From the NCBI RefSeq assembly GCF_900167395.1, contig NZ_FUWK01000003.1, forward strand, positions 60,001 to 92,000: DNA of 32,000 bases, in the 5' to 3' direction. The position numbers and the translations under genes were made by a program. Numbering within the stretch: position 1 is the first letter of the stretch; each line of letters starts with the position of its first letter. The notes beneath the pieces are model-generated. The model had not been told where the DNA came from. It saw nothing but the letters and a program-made list of their open reading frames with translations, and searched no databases. Of the stretch, positions 27,140 to 32,000 are shown in pieces. The stretch comes from Nitrosomonas europaea (GTDB lineage: Bacteria > Pseudomonadota > Gammaproteobacteria > Burkholderiales > Nitrosomonadaceae).

Positions 27140-29416
27140 TCAGGCTTGCAGCGCGCTGCGCAGGGTTTTTGCGCAATCCACCATTTTTTGCAAGGCTGTC
27201 TGCGTTTCCGGCCAGTTGCGTGTTTTCAGGCCGCAATCCGGGTTGACCCACAACAGCGTGGGATCGATATACCGGGAAGCCTTTTTCAGCAGTTCAAACA
27301 TTTCCGATGCATCAGGTACCCGGGGGGAATGAATGTCATACACACCGGGGCCGATTTCATTCGGGTAGGAAAATTTCACGAAGGCATCCAGCAGTTCCAT
27401 GCGGGAGCGTGAAGTTTCGATCGTGATTACATCGGCATCCAGTTCGGCGATGGCCGGCAGGATATCGTGAAACTCGGAATAGCACATATGAGTGTGAATC
27501 TGAGTTTCGTCTTTCACGCCGGAACTAGCGACACGGAATGCTTTTACCGCCCAGTCCAGATAAGATTTCCAGTCCTGTTTTCTGAGCGGGAGCCCTTCAC
27601 GAAATGCCGGTTCATCGATCTGAATCATGCCGATGCCGGCATTTTCCAGATCTGCGACTTCATCACGAATTGCCAGCGCCAGTTGCAGTGCAGTGGTCGA
27701 TCTCGGCTGATCATCGCGTACGAATGACCACATCAGCATGGTGACCGGCCCGGTCAGCATACCTTTGACCGGTTTACCGGTCTGGCTCTGAGCATATTTT
27801 ATCCATTCGACAGTCATGGCTTCAGGACGGTAGACATCACCATACAAAATGGGAGGCTTGACACAGCGGGAACCGTAGCTTTGTACCCAGCCATTTTCCG
27901 TGAAGGCATAGCCCCATAATTGTTCGCCGAAATATTCCACCATGTCATTGCGCTCAGGTTCGCCATGAACCAGCACATCCAGCCCGATTTCTTCCTGTTT
28001 GCGAATCATTTCCCGAATTTCGGCACGCATGGCTGACAGATATTCGAGATGACTGAGCTCATTTTTTCTGAATGCAGCACGTGCCTGACGGATAGTGGCA
28101 GTTTGTGGAAAGGAGCCTATCGTAGTGGTAGGCAGCAGGGGCAGATTGAAGCGCTGCTGTTGCAGATGTTTTCGGGTTGCAAAGGGGTGGTTACGCTGAC
28201 TGTCACGCTCGGTCAGATTATCGACTCTCTGGTGAACGATCGGATTATGGATGCGGCTGGATTCCGTTCTCGATCGCCTGGCTTCATCCGAGGCAGTCAG
28301 AATCGCTTCGACTGATTCTCTACCTTGATTCAATCCACGCCCGAGTGTAGTCATTTCTTCCAGCTTTTGAGCGGAAAATGCCAGCCAATTTTTGATTTCC
28401 GGCTCCAGTTTCGTTTCCAGTGCCAGATCCACCGGGCAATGCAGCAGGGAGCAGCTCGGAGCAATCCAGAGTTCACCCGCAAATCGGGATGCAGCCTGCG
28501 ACAGTGTTTCCAGTTTTTGCGACAGATCGGCGCGCCATATATTGCGTCCATCGATGCAACCCAGCGACAGTGTTTTACCGGAGAAATCTTCGGTGAGAAA
28601 TGATTCGAGCTGTTCCGGGGCGCTGCTTACGTCGATATGCAGCCCATCCACCGGCAGATTCTTGAGCAGGGTAAGATGGTGATCAACCGTACCGAAGTAA
28701 GTGGTGAGCAGCAGGCGACAGCTGCCGTCATGCAGTGTGTGATAGGCTTCTGCAAAACTATCCCGCCAGGGTTGTTCGAGATCGAGAGAAAGGATGGGCT
28801 CATCGATTTGTACCCATTCCACACCCAGCGAAGCGATTTTTTGCAGGATTTCCCGGTAAACCGGCAGCAGGCGGGGGAGCAGATCCAGTCGCTGAAAACC
28901 GGGTGTGACTTCCTTGCCAAGGTACAGATAGGTCAGCGGACCGATCAGGACAGCTTTTGCAGTTATTCCCAGTGCTTTAGCGTCTTCGATTTCCTGGAAC
29001 AATCGGTCGGATGCCAGGCGGAATTGGGTGGTGTCATCAAATTCCGGAACGATGTAGTGGTAATTGGTGTTGAACCACTTGGTCATTTCCATTGCCGGCT
29101 GGTCGGCGGTGCCACGCGCCATGGCAAAGTACAGATCGGGCGAAATTTTGTCACCGGTATTCCCGAAACGGTGAGGAATCGCTCCGAGTAACGTGGTCAT
29201 GTCGAGTATGTGGTCGTACAGTGAAAAATCGCCTACCGGGATCAGATCGATTCCTGCCTTTTGCTGTAACAGCCAGTTACCGGTACGGATTGCACGCGCT
29301 GTGGCCAGCAGTTGATCGACATCGTTTTGTCCTTTCCAGTAAGTTTCGAGTGCTTTTTTTAATTCGCGTTGTGCGCCGATTCTCGGAAATCCGAGGTTAT
29401 GTGTCAGTGTTCTCAT
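27140..29416 (-). CDS. metE: Cobalamin-independent methionine synthase (5-methyltetrahydropteroyltriglutamate-homocysteine methyltransferase)
   Basis: The 758-aa protein begins [22 protein letters not shown]. The C-terminal Zn-site blocks are [10 protein letters not shown] and [21 protein letters not shown] lies upstream on the minus strand. Confidence 0.95.
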   Translation of the reverse strand: MRTLTHNLGFPRIGAQRELKKALETYWKGQNDVDQLLATARAIRTGNWLLQQKAGIDLIPVGDFSLYDHILDMTTLLGAIPHRFGNTGDKISPDLYFAMARGTADQPAMEMTKWFNTNYHYIVPEFDDTTQFRLASDRLFQEIEDAKALGITAKAVLIGPLTYLYLGKEVTPGFQRLDLLPRLLPVYREILQKIASLGVEWVQIDEPILSLDLEQPWRDSFAEAYHTLHDGSCRLLLTTYFGTVDHHLTLLKNLPVDGLHIDVSSAPEQLESFLTEDFSGKTLSLGCIDGRNIWRADLSQKLETLSQAASRFAGELWIAPSCSLLHCPVDLALETKLEPEIKNWLAFSAQKLEEMTTLGRGLNQGRESVEAILTASDEARRSRTESSRIHNPIVHQRVDNLTERDSQRNHPFATRKHLQQQRFNLPLLPTTTIGSFPQTATIRQARAAFRKNELSHLEYLSAMRAEIREMIRKQEEIGLDVLVHGEPERNDMVEYFGEQLWGYAFTENGWVQSYGSRCVKPPILYGDVYRPEAMTVEWIKYAQSQTGKPVKGMLTGPVTMLMWSFVRDDQPRSTTALQLALAIRDEVADLENAGIGMIQIDEPAFREGLPLRKQDWKSYLDWAVKAFRVASSGVKDETQIHTHMCYSEFHDILPAIAELDADVITIETSRSRMELLDAFVKFSYPNEIGPGVYDIHSPRVPDASEMFELLKKASRYIDPTLLWVNPDCGLKTRNWPETQTALQKMVDCAKTLRSALQA

Positions 29417-29500
29417 TCAATTCTCTCTACATGATCGGAAAAATCACCATTCTGTAGAATGCTCTATAATGAATCAAATGAAACTTTTTGTAATAAAATA

Positions 29501-29513
29501 TGAATAATTTTCA
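29501..29513. promoter_or_regulatory. MetR box TGAATAATTTTCA (TGAA-N5-TTCA)
   Basis: The site is an exact match to the E. coli/Salmonella MetR half-site palindrome TGAANNNNNTTCA and fits the LysR T-N11-A rule. It lies in the 100-bp metE<>metR divergent region and ends 3 nt before the metR ATG. It sits about 26 nt upstream of a candidate metE -35 (TTGATT-N17-CAGAAT on the minus strand). Confidence 0.55.
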
Positions 29514-29516
29514 TAT

Positions 29517-30491
29517 ATGATCGAATTGCGGCATCTCCGTACGTTGAATGCATTACACGAGACCGGCAGCATTTCGCTGGCAGCGCAGCGTGTGCATTTG
29601 ACTCAGTCCGCGCTATCTCATCAGATCAAGGCATTGCAGGAGTATTATCAGTTGCCCCTCATTCAACGCAGCGGTCATGCCGTGCAGTTGACGGAGGCAG
29701 GTAAACGTCTGGTAAAACTGGCGGAGAAAATACTGGGAGAAGTTCAGTCAGCAGAGCGGGATCTGGCAAAAATAGCCCGGCAGGCGGCAGGAAGTTTGCG
29801 GATCGTGCTGGAATGTCATACCTGTTTCGACTGGCTGATGCCCATCATGGATGATTTCCGGCAGCACTGGCCGGAAGTGGAACTCGATCTGGTTTCCGGT
29901 TTTCACAGTGATCCGGTAGCGCTGCTCAGACAGGATATTGCCGATGTGGTGATCGGCTCCGAAAACAGGCCGCAACAGGGGATCGTTCATTTTCCGCTGT
30001 TCCGCTTTGAGATTCTGGCAGTGCTGGCGCCAGATCATGTACTCGGTAACAAACGGGTACTGGAGGCGGTTGATTTTGCACAGGATGTATTGATTACCTA
30101 TTCGGTCCCCGAGGAACGGATCGATCTGATCCGGCAGGTGTTGATTCCCGCTGGCGTCAGCTGGCAGCGGCGAACGACCGAGCTGACCGTGGCCATTCTG
30201 CAACTGGTGGCGAGCCGGCGGGGAATTGCCGCGTTGCCCGGTTGGGGCATCAAAAACTATCTGGATTACGAGTATGTGATTGCCAAACGTATCGGCACCC
30301 GTGGATTGTGGAGCGATCTGTACCTTTCGGTGCGGGAAGAGGATGCCTCATTGCGTTATCTGCAGGATTTTCTGGAGACTATTGGTCAGATCTGCTTTGC
30401 CAGGCTGGATGGAATCAGGCCACTGAGCGGGAAAAGGAAAGAGAAAAAACGAGAGGCCAGAAAGACGATCGGGCAGTCATCTCCGGTTTAA
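29517..30491 (+). CDS. metR: LysR-family transcriptional activator MetR
   Basis: The N-terminus MIELRHLRTLNALHETGS...LTQSALSHQIKALQ parallels E. coli MetR (MIEVKHLKTLQAL...QTQSALSHQF). The gene is divergent from metE as in enterics. It carries a Lys/Arg-rich C-terminal tail (GKRKEKKREARK). Confidence 0.9.
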   Translation: MIELRHLRTLNALHETGSISLAAQRVHLTQSALSHQIKALQEYYQLPLIQRSGHAVQLTEAGKRLVKLAEKILGEVQSAERDLAKIARQAAGSLRIVLECHTCFDWLMPIMDDFRQHWPEVELDLVSGFHSDPVALLRQDIADVVIGSENRPQQGIVHFPLFRFEILAVLAPDHVLGNKRVLEAVDFAQDVLITYSVPEERIDLIRQVLIPAGVSWQRRTTELTVAILQLVASRRGIAALPGWGIKNYLDYEYVIAKRIGTRGLWSDLYLSVREEDASLRYLQDFLETIGQICFARLDGIRPLSGKRKEKKREARKTIGQSSPV

Positions 30492-30539
30492 GGAAGGCGA
30501 CTGCCCGGTATGGGTCGTTTGCTTATCAGACTTGCAGGA

Positions 30540-31280
30540 TCAGTGCAGGGTGGCTGCGGTTTTTTCCTCGCAAATGAGATTGGCACAGTAATTTTCGTGG
30601 ATACCATCCAGGAATTTCCACAGTGCATCGCAAGCCCGGCGTGTAGCGGCCAGTACTTCAGCCTGTTTTTCCGGTGTATCGGCAAATTTCTCGATGATTG
30701 CCCATTCGGCTTGTGAATGGAAGATATCGGCTGTCTGATGAACCGAGAAGAATTCGTAGCTGTCCGGATCTTTCATACCGTAAAACTTGGCCAGACCATC
30801 GATTTTGACGGCAGCAATATCAGGCACCTGAGATTCGAACGCATGTAATGCGGCCAATCCTGCATAGAATGGTTCGTTGATGCAGATATCACGGAAAGTT
30901 GCCACCAGGTTTTCTGTTTCCGGCAGCGCATCGGCTTGTGTCAGGCTGGCATCGTCGGCTCCCAGCGCAAATGCAAATGCTTTCCACAGAGCAGGATGAT
31001 TTTTCTCTCCGTGTTCTTCATCGATCAGGTTTTTCAGAACTTCCTGACGAATGCTGATATCACCACTATTTTCCACATTATGGAAATGCGGGGTATTGAA
31101 GTGAACTGCGCTGAGATAGGTAGGCTCTGCCAGCACATTGTAGAAATACTGCTCAGCATAGTGGCGTAACTGTTCACGAGTCAGTTTGCCTTCGGTCCAG
31201 GCAATGTAGAACGGATGCTGCAGCAGGTGTCTGCTTTGAATGATGGAATCGACCTGTTGCTTGAATGTGTTTGTAGCCAT
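30540..31280 (-). CDS. CADD / PqqC-like heme-oxygenase-like di-metal oxidase; probable self-sacrificial p-aminobenzoate synthase (CT610 / NE1434 family)
   Basis: The 246-aa protein is collinear with Chlamydia trachomatis CADD (CT610) as I recall it. Shared blocks are IIQSRHLLQHPFYIAWTEGKLTREQL, LIDEEHGEKNHPALW, AGLAALHAFESQVP, FFSVHQTADIFH and a Cys-containing C-terminus. SD AGGAG lies 6 nt upstream of the ATG. Confidence 0.75.
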   Translation of the reverse strand: MATNTFKQQVDSIIQSRHLLQHPFYIAWTEGKLTREQLRHYAEQYFYNVLAEPTYLSAVHFNTPHFHNVENSGDISIRQEVLKNLIDEEHGEKNHPALWKAFAFALGADDASLTQADALPETENLVATFRDICINEPFYAGLAALHAFESQVPDIAAVKIDGLAKFYGMKDPDSYEFFSVHQTADIFHSQAEWAIIEKFADTPEKQAEVLAATRRACDALWKFLDGIHENYCANLICEEKTAATLH

Positions 31281-31443
31281 GAAAAGCTCCTGTTCAGAGT
31301 GAAATGAAATAATATGATGCTTTTTTTATCATCGCCAATTCGGTAAATGAAGTCAAATTGATACAAGGATTTCATGCCCGGGAACCGTATCTGTTTCATG
31401 GGCGGAAAGTCATGTTACAATTACAGCTTGCAATATGGCGCGA

Positions 31444-31452
31444 TGATAGAAT
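31444..31452 (+). promoter_or_regulatory. Candidate extended -10 (TGaTAGAAT) for glyA
   Basis: This is a motif match only. It lies 35 nt upstream of the glyA ATG, and an AGAGAGA RBS follows at about 31474-31480. Confidence 0.3.
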
Positions 31453-31486
31453 GGCCGTTTTTCAATAAAAATCAGAGAGAAATATT

Positions 31487-32000
31487 ATGTTTTCACAGAG
31501 CTTGACGATTGAGCAGGTCGATCCGGATTTATGGCAGGCTATCAAAGGTGAAGTACAGCGGCAGGAAGATCATATCGAGCTGATTGCCTCGGAAAATTAT
31601 GCCAGTCCGGCCGTTTTACAGGCACAGGGTACCGTACTGACAAACAAGTATGCTGAAGGGTATCCGGGCAAGCGGTATTACGGGGGGTGCAGGTATGTGG
31701 ATATCGTCGAGCAGCTTGCTATCGACCGTCTCCGGAATCTGTTCAATGCGGAATATGTCAACGTGCAGCCACACTCCGGTTCTCAGGCAAATGCCGCGGT
31801 CTATCTGTCGGCTCTGAAGCCCGGAGATACGCTCCTGGGTATGTCGCTGGCTCATGGTGGACATTTGACTCACGGATCAGCAGTCAATATGAGTGGCAAG
31901 ATATTCAATTCAATCTCTTACGGTCTGAATCCGGAAACCGAAGAGATCGATTACGCAGAACTGGAGCGGCTTGCACATGAGCATAAACCGCGCATGATCG
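31487..32000 (+). CDS. glyA: Serine hydroxymethyltransferase, 3'-truncated by the window edge (first ~171 aa)
   Basis: My own translation from ATG 31487 gives [81 protein letters not shown]...[11 protein letters not shown]...[11 protein letters not shown]. These are classic SHMT blocks. The frame is open to the end of the window, so it is missing from the supplied ORF track. Confidence 0.95.
   Translation, partial: MFSQSLTIEQVDPDLWQAIKGEVQRQEDHIELIASENYASPAVLQAQGTVLTNKYAEGYPGKRYYGGCRYVDIVEQLAIDRLRNLFNAEYVNVQPHSGSQANAAVYLSALKPGDTLLGMSLAHGGHLTHGSAVNMSGKIFNSISYGLNPETEEIDYAELERLAHEHKPRMI

Noticed and set aside
27015-27332. A 105-aa plus-strand ORF running from the argG/metE gap into metE antisense, together with other ORFs antisense to metE (27146-27412, 28637-29191 and others).
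   Set aside because: It has no RBS and no recognisable motif. Most of its length is a mirror frame of the highly conserved metE.
29417-29516. A cobalamin or SAM/SAH riboswitch in front of metE.
   Set aside because: Only 100 bp separate metE and metR. That is too short for a B12 element, and no conserved B12-box-like sequence was seen.
31281-31486. A MetR box or shared operator in the CADD<>glyA divergent region. E. coli glyA is MetR-activated.
   Set aside because: No TGAA-N5-TTCA match is present. Only a weak 5-bp ATGAT/ATCAT symmetry around a T7 tract was seen.
1-32000. A scan for tRNA or rRNA genes, CRISPR repeats, IS elements or transposases, toxin-antitoxin pairs and defence-island genes.
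   Set aside because: I recognised no direct-repeat arrays, T-loop (GGTTCGAATCC-like) signatures in intergenic DNA, terminal inverted repeats or relevant protein motifs. Intergenic space is small, and composition appears uniform by eye.

Overview
This 32-kb window looks like densely packed core chromosome of a roughly 50% GC betaproteobacterium. A Nitrosomonas-like ammonia oxidiser is my best guess, based on protein signatures and the CADD-type pABA synthase homologue; this is inference only. I call 26 protein-coding genes. I saw no tRNA, rRNA, CRISPR array, IS element, transposase or prophage signature. Gene order: xerD (5'-truncated) | rne (-) <> rluC | tesA-like (-) <> ybbA-ybbP | iscR-sufA-sufB-sufC-sufD-sufS-sufU-nfu | prsT-like TPR lipoprotein | cysM-ydbH-ynbE-ydbL | argD-argF-argG | metE (-) <> metR | CADD/PqqC-like (-) <> glyA. 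glyA is 3'-truncated and absent from the supplied ORF track because it has no stop in the window. I found no convincing wholly new system. The items most worth a second look are: (1) a CADD/NE1434-type self-sacrificial pABA synthase homologue sitting between folate-dependent genes; (2) a YdbH-YnbE-YdbL intermembrane lipid-bridge trio apparently co-transcribed with cysM; (3) a divergent TesA / YbbA-YbbP (MacB-type ABC) module whose start codons share a CATG; (4) an IscR-headed SUF operon that uses SufU instead of SufE and ends with Nfu, with a near-consensus type-1 IscR box on its promoter; (5) an isolated PEP-CTERM-system PrsT-like lipoprotein behind a 532-bp AT-rich leader that carries a perfect palindrome and a sigma-54-like element. 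All product calls come from my own recognition of motifs and remembered homologues. No database search was run.
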